Shown one piece after another: positions 37,190-51,165 of a stretch of DNA of 64,000 nt. The position numbers and the translations under genes were made by a program. Position 1 is the stretch's first letter, and each line of letters opens with the position of its first letter. The notes under the pieces were generated by a model. The model saw nothing but the letters and a program-made list of their open reading frames with translations, was not told the origin of the DNA and made no database searches. Origin of the DNA: Octopus sinensis (Eukaryota); contig NC_043006.1 of assembly GCF_006345805.1 (NCBI RefSeq), forward strand, positions 372,001 to 436,000. The letters run 5' to 3'.

Positions 37190-38715
37190 AGTTACACTTT
37201 TTCTGTTCGGGCGGCCGTTTTCGGTCTGTCAGACAGAAGGAAATAGACTTTGATTCCCTATCAGACTTGTCTACGTCTGAGGAGGAACTGGAACAGGCAG
37301 TGAGAATGATGGATTGAAAGCTGGGTTATACCTATGCCGGTGTAACCAAGAAGGCGGAAGAGAAAGGGGTGGACTTGGCCAAGCTGCCAAGTTACCAGAA
37401 ATATATGAAAAAGGATAGCGGTGAGGTCGAACTAGCACCGACACCCAAGAGAAAAGAATGGTATGATAAATGGACCATTATATAAGGGTGTTTGCAAACG
37501 AAAGGAAGAAGATAGAAGTTGTAAACATGGAGTGGATAGAGGAGGCGCTGAGAAGAATGGAAGAGGAAATTAATTTTCTGACTCGAGGATCAAAGTATGG
37601 TACTGTAGTGGTACATTTTAAAAGTGAGAATGCAGCAAGGAAGATGGCGGCGAAGGCGGTGAAATCCGAGAAGGTAACTCTTTTGCCTACATATCTAAAT
37701 AGAAGGATTACACGAGTAAGGGTGGAGGGAGTGCCACCAAACGTTGAGGCCGAGTGGATTGTGGCGGCTGTGATTAGCGGCCACGAGGAGGAAGTGGATA
37801 TTCTCCATGCCTCGGTTAAGACCGAGGGCTGGAGAGGCGTAACAGTGGAACTGAACGTGCAGGCAGAGAACGAAGTACTGGTGGACCTGGCGGAAAGTAT
37901 CAGATTGGGAGACGTGATCATGAGAGTGTGGGTGGAGGGCAGAGCTCCGCGTTGTTACAAGTGTGGCCTGAGGGGTCACATAAGAGCCTTCTGCCCTCCC
38001 CCAGTGAAAGAAATGGATTCCGAACCACAGAGAGAGAAGCAGAAACCAGAGGAGAAGGAGACAGTAGAAGAAGAGAATTCACAGAAATGGAAAGAAGCTG
38101 GGAATAAGAGGAAGAGGAGAATACGAGGAAAAGAAAATAACATAGAACACCAATCCACCCCAACACCACTCACACCCTCTGAGACCCACCCTATCCCTGC
38201 AGACAGTGAACCCACCCGCTCCCCTCCAACAAGAAAACAAAAAAAAAAATAATAATACAGACAGACAAGAGTTTGAAAACGAACCCAGGCCGAACATTTA
38301 TATTATGACTGAACAGAAAGAAGTGAAAAGAGTATAAATGGTATGAAATAGGTGAGACCAGATATGCAGTGCTGGAAAAGAAGAATATAGATGAGTTTGT
38401 GTTGAGGTGTGAAAGGGAGAATTGGGAGGTGAAAGATACAAGAATGAGCGATGAATTCGTGGAAAGTATGGAGGAGTATTTCGGAGTAAGAATGGATATG
38501 GATGGTCTTCGTATTGGGAATGAACATTCAGGTGACAGTGAAAACAAAAGGACAGGTAAGTGATGCTGGCAGAGGGGGCCGTTAGCATCGCTTTCATATT
38601 ATCATTTTTCATTTTAATATTCATTTACTCATAAATTTAATTATTTTGTTCTATGTCCCCCATGTTTTGTTATGTCCACCATTCTTCGTAGCCCCTGGTG
38701 GGTAATAAAGAAATA
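37190..38715 (+). mobile_element. ORF1/gag-only non-LTR-derived element (L1/Tx1-like ORF1 with CCHC knuckle), disrupted
   Basis: YTYAG..., RRM-like VVHF and VRVEGVP, CYKCGLRGHIRAFC (CX2CX4HX4C). Stop at 37314 and frameshifts near 37480, 38250 and 38335. No APE/RT before the tail agcccctggtgggtaataaagaaata. Confidence 0.7.
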
Positions 38716-38734
38716 ACATGGAGGAAATAACATG

Positions 38735-41087
38735 GATCTGTGGATGGAGCAAAGTACCATCTCAACCCAGAGTAACATGGTGGTGGAACACTGTGGTTGA
38801 CAGGGCTATTAGACAAAAGAGACAAGCTTGGAAGGACTGGAAGAACGGTGGTAGCAGGGAATTGTATCAGACAGCCAAAAGGGAAGCTAGGAGACAGGTT
38901 TATTTAGCCAGAGGGGAAGCGGATAAGAAAAAATTTGCCAATGTTCTGAGCCGTGAGGATGAAAGACTTGAGGTATTTCGTGTTGCAAGACAGTGTGTGA
39001 GAGAGAATCGTGATGTGGTAGGAGAGAAGTGTGTTCGCATGGATGATGGTTCACTTGCGCTAAATGAGGATGCAAAGAGAGAGGTTTGGAGATGCCACTA
39101 TGAAAGGTTGCTGAATAAAGAAAATGAATGGGATAAAGAGAGTCTGCCGAATGTTGACCCAACAGAGGGACCAGCTATCCGAGTTGATAGTTCCGTGGTA
39201 GCTAAGGCAATTAGAAGCATGAAGACAGGGAAAGCCCCAGGCCCATCAGGAATTACTGCAGAGATGCTCAAAATATCTGGCAGTGTCGGCTATAACCTAG
39301 TCACCCGTATAGTCAACCAGGTGATACACGAAGGAGTCATACCCAATGACTGGTGTAGCAGCATACTAGTCAACAGCTACAAAGGTAAAGGTGATGCCCT
39401 GGATACAAATAATTACAGAGGTATCAAGCTGTTGGATCAGGTAATGAAGGTTACGGAGAGGGTCATAGCCCAACTAATTAGAGAGAGAGTTAGTTTAGAT
39501 GAGATGCAGTTTGGGTTTGTCCCAGGGAAAAGCACCACTGATGCTATATTCCTGGTAAGGCAGCTGCAGGAGAAATACCTAGCCAAAGATAAGACCCTGT
39601 ACCTGGCTTTCGTTGACATGGAGAAAGCCTTTGATAGGGTCCCCCGATCCCTCATCTGGTGGTCAATGAGGAAACTAGGGATAGATGAATGGCTGGTGAG
39701 GGCTGGGCAAGCCATGTACAGAGATGCCGTAAGTAAGGTTAGAGTTGGCAGCATGTACACAGAAGAATTCAAGGTAGAGGTTGGGGTCCACCAGGGTTCA
39801 GTACTCAGCCCCCTCCTATTTATCATAGTCCTCCAGGCAATTGTGGAGGAATTCAAGACAGGTTGCCCCTGGGAGCTCCTCTATGCTGACGACCTCGCTC
39901 TAATCGCTGAGTCACTATCAGAACTGGAGGAGAAGTTCCAGGTGTGGAAGGAGGGTTTAGAATCGAGGGGCCTTAGAGTCAACCTAGCTAAAACCAAAGT
40001 ACTAATAAGTAGAAAGTTAGAAAATCCACAAATATCCTCAGGAAGATGGCCCTGCTCGATCTGTAGAAAAGGTGTAGGTAGAAACTCTATAAGATGTACC
40101 CAGTGTAAGCTATGGACACATAAGAGGTGCAGCAATGTCAAAGGTAGGCTAACTGGGAAGATAGTTTTTGTATGTGGCAGATGCTCTGGAGCATTGACCT
40201 CCGAAAATCTGCAGAAAACAACTTCCGTCACTTTCCGGGGGGAAAAACTAGAAGTAGTTGATAGCTTCCGCTATCTAGGTGACCAAGTCAGTAGTGGGGG
40301 CGGGTGCGCTGAAAGTGTAACTGTTGTACCTAAGAAGCATCAATTGTTGTGTGCAAGAGAGACGATTGCGCTGGTATGGTCATGTGGCGAGAATGGATGA
40401 AGATAGGTGTGTGAGAAAGTGCCAATCCCTAGCAGTTGAGGGAACCCGTGGAAGAGGTAGACCCAGGAAAACCTGGGACGAAGTGGTGAAGCACGACCTT
40501 CGGACGTTAGGTCTCACCATGGAAATGACTAGAGACCGAGACCTATGGAAGTATGCTGTGCGTGAGAAGACCCGGCAAGACTAGTGAAGCCATAATCCGT
40601 GGCCCCTACCTGGGACGTAGTCAGTCCACCTGTGCATACCTTCCTTCTTGTGACACTTGTGAAGACCTGTTGAGGCAAGTGAGAATCGAATCGAATCAAA
40701 TCAAATCAAATCGAACCAAATCAAAATAGATGAACATCAATGGAATTTGTATCCTTGTGGTACCAGTGCCGGTGGCACATAAGAAAACCATCCGAACGTG
40801 ATCGTAGCCAGTACCGCAACGACTGGCCTCCGTGCTGAGGGCACGTAACAAACACCATCCGAGCGTGGCCGTCCGCCAGCCCCGTCTGGCACCTGTGTCG
40901 GTGGCACATAAAATCACCCACTACACTCTCGGAGTGGTTGGCGTTAGGAAGGGCATCCAGCTGTAGAAACACTGCCAGATCTGACTGGCCTGGTGCAGCC
41001 TTCGGGCTTGCCAGACCCCAGTTGAACCGTCCAACCCATGCTAGCATGGAAAGCGGACGTTAAACGATGATGATGATGATGATGATG
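38735..41087 (+). mobile_element. 5'-truncated RTE LINE with ~250-bp internal deletion at ~40323
   Basis: The 560-aa ORF is near-identical to 16691-18279, then jumps to the equivalent of 18531. 3' UTR and (GAT)n tail intact. Confidence 0.92.
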
Positions 41088-41380
41088 AAAGCACCTTCGA
41101 AAAGTGTCTTGGTGCGACTATGAAAGTTATCTAATCAGAGGCGATAAATTCGCCACAATAGAAGCAAGGTTCGAGTCAACGGAGCTTGCAAGGGAGTACT
41201 TGACTCGAACTTGCAAAGTGGAAATATTTTACTTTTACCTTTATATCTGGGACGTAGGACGTCCCGGAAAAAAATTACAAATGCCCCCCTCCCCCGAAGT
41301 AGAGGCAGGCTGGATTGTAGCCACACTTCTATACAAGAGGGAGGACAAGATAAATTAATCGAAATTACAAGAGACGGGCT
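41088..41380 (+). pseudogene. Degraded paralog of the 37470 ORF1
   Basis: YLIRGDKFATIEARF, LLLPLYLGRRTSR and PEVEAGWIVA align with FLTRGSKYGTVVVHF, LLPTYLNRRITR and PNVEAEWIVA. Confidence 0.65.
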
Positions 41381-42065
41381 AACAATTCCAGTCTGTTATA
41401 TATTTTGAGTATTGTTATCACTAGCGATATCAAGATATAACTTTGTATTTTGTATTTTATGTGTAGATGTATATAGATGTACATGTAATATGTACACATA
41501 TATACACATATATACATGCACTAGCACTATGACCTGGCAACGACGGGTCTTTAATGCTAGTATATACTATTTTTTTAATAAACATGTAATTTTTACTTCA
41601 CTATTAAAAGTTTAAAAAATTGGGGTACAAGTTTTAATCTTTTTTGTATGAAAAAAGGATAAAAGGCTACGGCTTGGTAGCGATTTGATTGCTGTAATGT
41701 CACAGGTTGAATTCTTATGTAGAGACTCTTTTCTTTGGCTTGAAACTTTGGTTGGTTTGCAAGGAACCGTATGTAAAGTGTCATAAAGTAAGTTGTTTAC
41801 CTTAATGTTTGTGATTCTAGAGTTATCAGTACTTGACAATAAAAGTGTGTGGCTCTGTGGTTAGGTGTATTTGGCTCACAATTGTAAGATTGTGAGTTTG
41901 ATTTCCAGTGATATGTTCTGGTTTTGAGCAAGACACTTTATTTCATGATGCTCCAGTCAACCCCAGCTGGCTAAAATGACTAGTACCTGCACTTCAAAGG
42001 GCCAGCCTTGTCATATTCTGTATCACACTGAATCTCCTTGAGAACTATATTAAGGCTATGCATGT

Positions 42066-42535
<470 letters not shown>

Positions 42536-45500
42536 AGAGATATCCGTGTAGTACTCAGCCACTTGCACGTTAATTTCACAACCAGGCTATTCCAATGATT
42601 GGATCAACTGGAACCCTCGTCGTAACCAATGAGATGCCAATTTTTATATGACTATCTGACAAATTGATTAATAAAAGCATGGAAAGATATTTTTCCAGGA
42701 TGCAGCTGTAAAACAGTTTCAATTAAAAGCATCTTCAAGTGGTGCCGGAAATTGTTAGTCGTTAAATTCTTGGTAAAATTAAATTTTTAGTGTAGTCATC
42801 ATTGTCATATTAACGCCCACTTTTCCATGATTGCTTAAGTGGAAAAAAAGTTGTTGAAGTTGATAATGTTATCAGAAGAAAATGACTGACTGAACAATAC
42901 TCAGCATGGCTTCCATCCAGGAAGAAGCTGCCTCGCACAGCTGGATGCTCTTTATGTATCCAAACTATACCTGGTTCCAAACAGGGTAATATTTACTTTT
43001 TTGTCAGGCAATATTTTCACCGACGATTGGGAACAAACAATGTTGTTTATATGATGGTGATGCTTGTTATTAACCATCATGTGAATTCAAGACAAGGGTA
43101 CATGCACACACACACACACACACACACTCACACATGTGTGGAGGCACATAGCCTAGTGGTTCGCATCTCAGACTGGGCAATGTGTGTGTTTATGAGCGAA
43201 ACACCTAAGCTCCACGCGGCTCCGGCAGAAGGTAATGACGAACTTCTGCTGACTCTTTTGCCACAACTTTCTCTCACTCTTTCCTCCTGCATCTTGCAGC
43301 TCACCTGTGATGGATCGGCATCCTGTCCAGGTGGGGAACCTATATGCCAAGGAAACCGGAAAATTGGCCCTTATGAGCCAGGCATGGCTCGAGAAGGAAC
43401 AAAAAAAGCAACACACATATACATACGTACACACATACATACACCCACACATGCATGTGCGCATACACATACACACAAACACGAACACAAAACACAATAA
43501 TAATAATCTTTTACACTATAGATACAAGGCCTAAAATTTTTTTTTTGGCAGGGGGGCTACTTGATCGTCCCCAGTACGTGATTGGTACTTAATTTATTGA
43601 CCCCCAAAAAAGATGAAAGGCAAAGTCAACCTCAGCAGAATTTGACCTCAGAACATAAAGATGGACATGTTTTACCTGGCATGCTAACAATTCTGCCGGC
43701 TTGCCACCTTAACAATAATAATAATAATAATAATATGTTACAGCCTTTAGATAGACTGTAGTTTCACTCACTGAACAAACTAAGAGGTTTACATCTTGTG
43801 GGGTCAAACCAGATTGAGTGGGATAGTAATCATCATCATCCTCCTCTTCGTTTAACGTCCACTTTCCATGCTAGCATGGGTTGGACGATTTGACTGAGGA
43901 CTGGCGAACCAGATGGCTGCACCAGACTCCAATCTGATCTGGCAGAGTTTCTACAGCTTGATGCCCTTCCTAAGGCCAACCACTCTGAGAGTGTAGTAAT
44001 GTTGTTATAAAATGGTCTGATTCCCAAGATAAAAGCCGTCTTTCTGGATTTGTTATGGTAGGTTAGTGACTCTAGATGTGCATAGCATTAAAAGTGGTGT
44101 CTTGAGACTATTCGCCATTTTTGCCCTGACAATGAATGGACAGCCAGACTTCTTCCATGATCTGTATTGGAAGATCGCAAGTTTGTGATCTGCATTGTAA
44201 GTTCATATAGGTTGTCCAGACAGGAACCTCGTTGGTCTCAGAATGGCAAGACTGCAGAGGCCAGATTGTGACCCCCTTCGGTCATGACTGCCCATGGGAT
44301 TGCACCTAGAAAGTTACCCTCCGAGGCACAAGTCTGGCCAAGGTTGTTTATGGAAGACCAGCAGTCGCCCATGCATACCAGCCTCCCCTCTCCATGCCAC
44401 CAATGTTGTCCAAGGGAAAGGCAAAGGGCCGATACAGCTTGGCACCAGTGACGTTGCAACTCATTTATTAATATGCGAGTGGCTGAGGGCTCCAGACACG
44501 TGTACCCTTAACGTAGTTCTCGGTGAGATTCAGCGTGACAGTGTGACAAGGCTGGCCCTTTGAAATACAGGTACAACAGAAACAGGAAGAAAGAGTGAGA
44601 GAAAGTTGTGGTGAAAGAGTACAGCAGGGTTCACCACCACCCCCTGCCAGAGCCTCGTGGAGCTTTAGGTGTTTTTTCTTAATAAACACTCACAATGCCC
44701 GGTCTGGGAATCAAAACCGTGATCCTACGACCACGTGTCCGTTGCCCTAACCACTAGGCCATTGTGCTGCCACAAGAGGCCAGATTAACAAGCTATTTAA
44801 TTAGGAATTGTTGGAGAAACTCAGTAACAAGTGAAGGGTCATATTAACTCTTTTGATATCTCCCCCCGCTAAGCATTTCGCCCGGTGTGCTAACATTTCT
44901 GCCAGCTCGCTGCCCTATAGTGACTAACACCTCCATCATGTTGGTGATGAACTGCTACTTGAATTCTACGATAGAAAATTTCTGTTTAAAAGTGATTTAA
45001 ATTGAAATCTTTCACCAAATTTCGATGTTAATTTATGTTCCAAACATCACCTTATTAATGATAAGGTTATTTCTATAAATTCTTCATTATACTAAAAATT
45101 AATTGAAAGAAAAAAGGTAGTGTATTTCATAAGAAATATAGTAACAAAATGGTTGAGGTGAAAAATAGGGATAGAATCCATTAGTTTTAGTAAGGGACCA
45201 GTGTTAGAGAACAATCATTTGGAAAAGATGCTAGGATTTAGACTCAAAGAGATATTGCAAAGTGCAGAAAGTATGTGTCTCAATGATTTCTTTGGTGCAA
45301 AACATGAAGGCTGTGTTGTCCAATCTAAGGCCTCTACATTTAAACAGGAGAGAGTGAATGCTTGTCAATAGGGTTGGGGGAAATTGTGGTGGTCAGCACC
45401 ATATTGGACGAGTACCAAGGGGTAATATGGTCACACATTAATCAAACCAAGTTGGTTGGCTTGCAGTTTGGTGTCTGGAGAAGCAATTTAATGCATGGAG

Positions 45501-45931
45501 GAACATGGCCTAATGGTTAGAGCAGTGGACTCACGATCGAGGGATTGCAGGTTCGAATCTCAGACTGGGTGATGTGTGTGTTTATGAGCGGAACACCCAA
45601 CCTCCACGCGGCTCCGGCAGAAGGTAATGGCGAACTTCTGCTGACTCTTTCACCACAACTTTCTCTCACTCTTTCTTCCTGCATCTTGCAGCTCACCTGC
45701 GACAGACCTATACACCAAGGAAACCAGGAAACCGGCCCTTATGAGCCAGGCATGGCTCAAGAAGGAACAAACAAGTTAATGCAAAATGTCAGCTTCTGCC
45801 ATTGGATTACAGATTTGATTAAGGTGTTTGGGGTGTGATTCAGCCTGGTCTTAGGTGGATTAAAACTTGGAGGAGGTCACAAACGGATTCATCAGACATG
45901 AATCTATCCCTAAGATCAAGTGTAGGGGACT

Positions 45932-46167
45932 AACCTATTTCTTTACTACCCACAAGGGGCTAAACACAGAGAGGACAAAAAAGGACAGACAAATGGATTA
46001 AGTCGATTACATCAACCCCAGTGCGTAACTGGTACTTAATTTATTGACCCCGAAAGGATGAAAGGCAGAGTGGACCTCGGTGGAATTTGAACTCAGAACG
46101 TAGCAGCAGACAAAATACCGCTAAGCATTTCGCCCGGCGTGCTAACATTTCTGCCAGCTCGCTGCCC
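45932..46167 (-). mobile_element. SINE family B, full length
   Basis: Reverse complement of the 56243-56490 copy; gactaac on both flanks. Confidence 0.85.
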
Positions 46168-49100
46168 TATAGTGACTAACACCTCCATCATGTTGGTGAT
46201 GAACTGCTTCTTGAATTGTGCCTTTGTTCCAGAAATATCTGAGCAGATTGAAGTGCAGGCACTTTTGCTTTTTAGGAAATGAATGGGTTTCACTGGCAGG
46301 AAGTCCATGTGCCACTTGTTCCCATTCTAAAAAGCTTAGATATTTACTGTGCTGTTGACGCATACGCCTGTTCTGAGGCAACATCTGCAGAGATATCTGG
46401 ATAATGATAACACTGAACATAGATGTGGTTGCCATTTGTGAGACGTGTCTTTCTGTAGCTGAAACTCATCTCTTTGAGTGACATTCTTGGATCAAATCCG
46501 TGGCACTTGAACTATCGTCAGGCCCTCCAATGAACTCCACCAGCTGAGCTGTATCGTCATTGGGACGCCCACACTGACATTCTATAGAAGAGTGGGTGGT
46601 GTGGGACATGAGTAATGATGGGCTTGAGAACAATTTTGGGTGTTAATGAGGTCATTCATAATAGTCCCTTCTTTTGGACTTTCAGATCAGGGATTATGGT
46701 CAACTTCCGAAAGATCTTGGTTTGACACTGTCATGATGAGGCAGTTCAAAAACAGAAAAATCTACAGGCATTGTAGTGCTTTTAGCTGTGCCTATCTGAA
46801 ATGTGAACAGAGCGATAAAACTATTCCACATGCATTTATTCAGCATCCAAGCATTTCTGACTTGAGTTGCATCAAACTCATGCTTTTGCATGCAAAATGG
46901 AACTAGCTGGCAGCCAAATCCATCATAAGCATTATCTCAATGTCTTCATTTATTAAGAAAGGGTGGGCAGTTTTTCTGTGTTATGGCTATGGCAAGGAGG
47001 TTCTACCATGATGGATAGGACTGTTAAGATTGAGGACATGCGGTTTCTTTTTCTATCAAGCTCTCATCAACATTTCAACTACCCTTTGTAAAGATGAGTG
47101 AGAATCAAGAAAAAAGTGTTTTTCTTCCAGTAAATTTATTAAAAGGTGGGTATAATAATAATGAAATTATTGTATACAGTGCTCAGGTGCACCACAACTT
47201 GTCAAAAGTGCGTATAAAGCATGTGCAGTAATGTACAAATGTCTGGGAAGTGAACAGTGTATGAGTCAGATACATGCTTGTGTGTGTATGGAGGGGAGAA
47301 AATCAGGTGTAGTGTTGGTGAATCTCAGGAAGCCTGGAAGTTTCGAAGGATGCAGTGGGTAATAATGAGGATTTTTGTTGGTTGGAAGGTTCCAATCCCT
47401 ATAGTTTCATTTGTAACTTCTTAACAAGGGATGGTTCTTATCTTTGGACTGAAGGGTTTTATGCAGGGCTCTGTTTTACCATAGGTAACTGCCTTCCTTT
47501 AGACACATATTTTTATATTTTGTTTTATCTTTGATCTATCTCACTCATTGCTCTGTGACCATGCTGGAGCTTTGCTTTGAAGGTTTCAACCAAATTAACC
47601 ATTTCCAGTACTAATTTTTTTTAGGTCTGATACTTGTACTAATGGTCTGTTTTGCTGAACCATTAATTTACAGGGATGTAAACAAACCAGCACATAGTCA
47701 AAGGGGACAAATAGAAATATAAAAACAAACTCTCTCTCTTTCTTACACACAAACAGTGGACTTCTGCACAGTTTCCATCTACAAATTCACTCACATGGCA
47801 TTGGGCAGCCCAAGGCTATAGTATAAGATATGCTTGGTGCCACGCTGTGGGATTGAACCTGAGACCACGTAGTTGCAAAATAAGCTCCTTAATCTCATGG
47901 CCATATATTTTTTTCATCTTGTATTTTTTTGTCACTGGTGTAAAACCTCCACTGTTTATGCAAAGCATCTGTATAATGTCCTTCACTTGTGGGCCCTGTG
48001 GAAAATAAGGGGCTAACAATTATTTCAGGTCAGTCATTATGGATGATATCCAAATATCCTTGACCTGGCAATGTTAGAAGTGTTGGAGTATTGTCTGTTT
48101 AGGATAAACCCCACAAGCACAGCCATGTTTGACTTCCCAGCAGCTGAGCCTCTGTGATGGGTGCAGGATATCAAGACTGTCCACAATGTATAAGAATGGC
48201 TCTGTGGTAGGAAATTTGCTTCTCAACCACGTGGTCCTGGGTTCAGTCCCAATGTGTGACACCTTGGGCAATTTTATTTAGGTGTAGGAGTGGCTGTGTA
48301 GTAAGTAGCTTGCTTACAAACCACATGGTTCCGGGTTCAGTCCCACTGCGTGGCACCTTGGGCAAGTGTCTTCTACTATAGCCTTGGGCCAACCAAATCC
48401 TTGTGAGTGGATTTGGTAAACGGAAACTGAAAGAAGCCCGTAGTATATATATGTATATATATATATATGTATGTGTGTGTATACGTCTGTGCGTCTGTAT
48501 TTATCCCCCCAACATCACTTGACAACTGATGCTGGTGTGTTTACGTCCCCGTAACTTAGCAGTTCAGCAAAAGAGACCGGTAGAATAAGTACTAGGCTTA
48601 CAGAGAATAAATCCTGGGGTCGATTTGTTCGACTAAAGGTGGTGCTCCAGCATGGCCACAGTCAAATGACTGAAACAAGTAAAAGAGAGTAAAAGAGCGT
48701 GTATTTGTTCAGTGTCTTAACATTGTAAGTCTGTGGAAACGGGGTCATCACTCCCTCTCGGATATTGACTGAGATGAAGCTGTCCCTGTAAGGTTAATTG
48801 TAAGTGGCTCACACCAGCATGACTTTGGTTGTGTACTATTGCCTGACTTGTGCCTTTGTCCCAGAAATGCCTGACCAAATTGGAGCGCATGTTCTTTTGC
48901 TTCTTGTGAAATGGATGGGATTCAGAGGTCAGGAGGTTCTGTGCAGGAAATGCAGGACAGACCTAGCTACAAGCTTACTCTATCTTGATGATCAAATCAC
49001 TTTTTTTCTTTGCAAAAGAAAACTGGAGAGTCTTCTGTCTGATGGCTTTCACGGATAAAGATGCCTGGTGGACACAGTAGAAAGGAATAAACAAAGAGTT

Positions 49101-49617
49101 CATTCTCTCAGGCTTTCAACTTCTTCAAGCCCCTCTTCAGTAAAAGGATTGTTTTTAACACTCTACCTGGTATCTTTTTTATCTATTATCTTTTATTTGT
49201 TTCAGTCATTTGATTGTGGCCATGCTGGGGCATCACCCTGAGAATCTCTTTTTTAGTTAAATGAATTAACCTCAGTACATTTCTTTTTCTTTCTTTGTGA
49301 GTCTGGTGCTTATTTATCAATCTCATTTGTTGAACCACTAAATCACAGGTATGTAAATGAAACAACACTAGTTGTCAAGTGGTGATGGGGAACACCACCA
49401 CTTGATGCAACAACACACACACTCACACACACACATACATATATATATATACAATGGGCTTCTTTCCGTTTCCATCTGCCAAATCCACACACAAGGCTTT
49501 TGCCAGCCTGAGGCTATAGTAGAAGACCCTTGCCCAAGGTGCCACACAGTGCGACTGAACCCAGAACCATGTGTGGGGAAACAAGCTTCTTACTACACAG
49601 CCATGCCTGCACCTGTA

Positions 49618-49850
49618 TCTATTATATAAAATCCGTTCTGTCTGTCTGTGTGTCTTCTAGGATCTCGGGCATCCTCCATCCGATTGCGCTCAAATTTGAT
49701 ATGTAGATACTGACAGTATCAGGGCATATATAAGTCTTGAAAAAGTTACAAAAATCGATTCCAGGCGAGAATGCGATCGATAAAGCCGTGGGAACGTGCA
49801 TTTGTACGCGCAAGTACATGATGGGTATATTGGGCTTCATATATTTGCAC
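49618..49850 (+). mobile_element. 5' part of a Helitron-like element
   Basis: a|TCtattatataaaatccgttctgtctgtctgtgtgtc...aaattt; same start pattern as 36513. Confidence 0.45.
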
Positions 49851-51165
49851 CCAAGTGTCAAATGCTTAGCAGCATTTTGTCTGGCATGCTAATGATTCCA
49901 TCAATTTATCACTTGATGATGAAGATTTCTTTTATTGACCACAATGGCCCAAGGCATTATATATATATAATGGGCTTCTTTCTGTTTCCACCTGCCAAAT
50001 CCATGCACAAGTCGAAATCCGTCTTTTGCTGGTGTCTCAAATTTAGGGGAGGCCTATGGGACGGTCGAACAAATTGTTTTGAGAAAATTTGATTTAAATG
50101 TTTGACAACTCAGCACCGTCCGTTTTAGTATAATTTCTGATCAAGCCTAATTGCCCACTTGATCACACTAGAATTTATAGTCTTTCTATTCAATCATTTC
50201 ATAGATGTATGCAATATAAGTCACAGTCTCCAGCCTGTCACTATGCAGCCTTTATTTATCCAGCGCTGTATGGTTATACATTATTTTATTTTAACAGTGT
50301 CTGTGCCAAGGACTTGTTTCTGGGTTGCAAACATTAAGCTTTTGATTTCCTGTTTCAAGTCTCCCTTTTGCAACCAAATTCATAACTGTTCAGTTTTTTT
50401 TTTTTTTGGTGTGGGTTAGTGAGGCCGGGAGTGGGGGTGTCTTCAGTTGTTGTTGTCGTTCTTGTCCTCCTCTTCTTCCTCCCTCACCCTTCTCCCTCTT
50501 CCAATGTATTTTCACCAATTTATTTTTTCTGTGAAAAGGGAAATGTCTTTATCTATATTTTATGCATCCATTTTTTTTCTACATCCTATTTTGCCGGGTT
50601 CCCTTCTCTAATAACATTCCATCCTCTAATAGCATTCCATCGCACTCCTATTGTCAGGAGTTGCTTGACCAACTTCTAATCTTTGCACAATGACCAGACC
50701 CATCCTGCTGCTTTGTGGGACACTTGCCATGCAAGAAACTTTCACTTGGGGATCCAGTCTCATTCATACACTTTTAATAATACTTACATTCCTCCTAACT
50801 CACATCATGGACATTCCTCTCTCCGTCTTCTTCTTTCTTCCTCTTTTTCTTTCTTCCTCTTTTTCTTTCTTCCTCTTTTTCTTTCTTCCACTTTTTCTTT
50901 CTTCCTCTTTTTCTTTCTCCCTTTTTCTGTTTCACTCATTGCCTTATCCTCTCTTTCTCTCTCCTTTTTCTTTTCTTAGTAGGAGGAAAGAAACTGGAAG
51001 AGGGCACTTGCCATGCCTTGGGAATGTCAGAGTAAACTGGGATTTTCATGTGAGGTTTACTTCATGATTACACTTCAATTAAGATCAAGTCAAGAGAGCT
51101 ACTATTTGGAACTGCATTAGGGCATTATTTGTTGTTGTTGTTCTTCTTCTTCTTGTATATATCTA

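Larger units (their letters stand above)
36513..41560 (+). mobile_element. Probable Helitron-like element whose termini enclose nested insertions
   Basis: a|TCtttatatatataaaactgaaaatgtgtgtctg at 36513 and gacctggcaacgacgggtc...gCTAG|t at 41531-41560. Both resemble ends of the other Helitron copies and have the same orientation. Confidence 0.45.
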
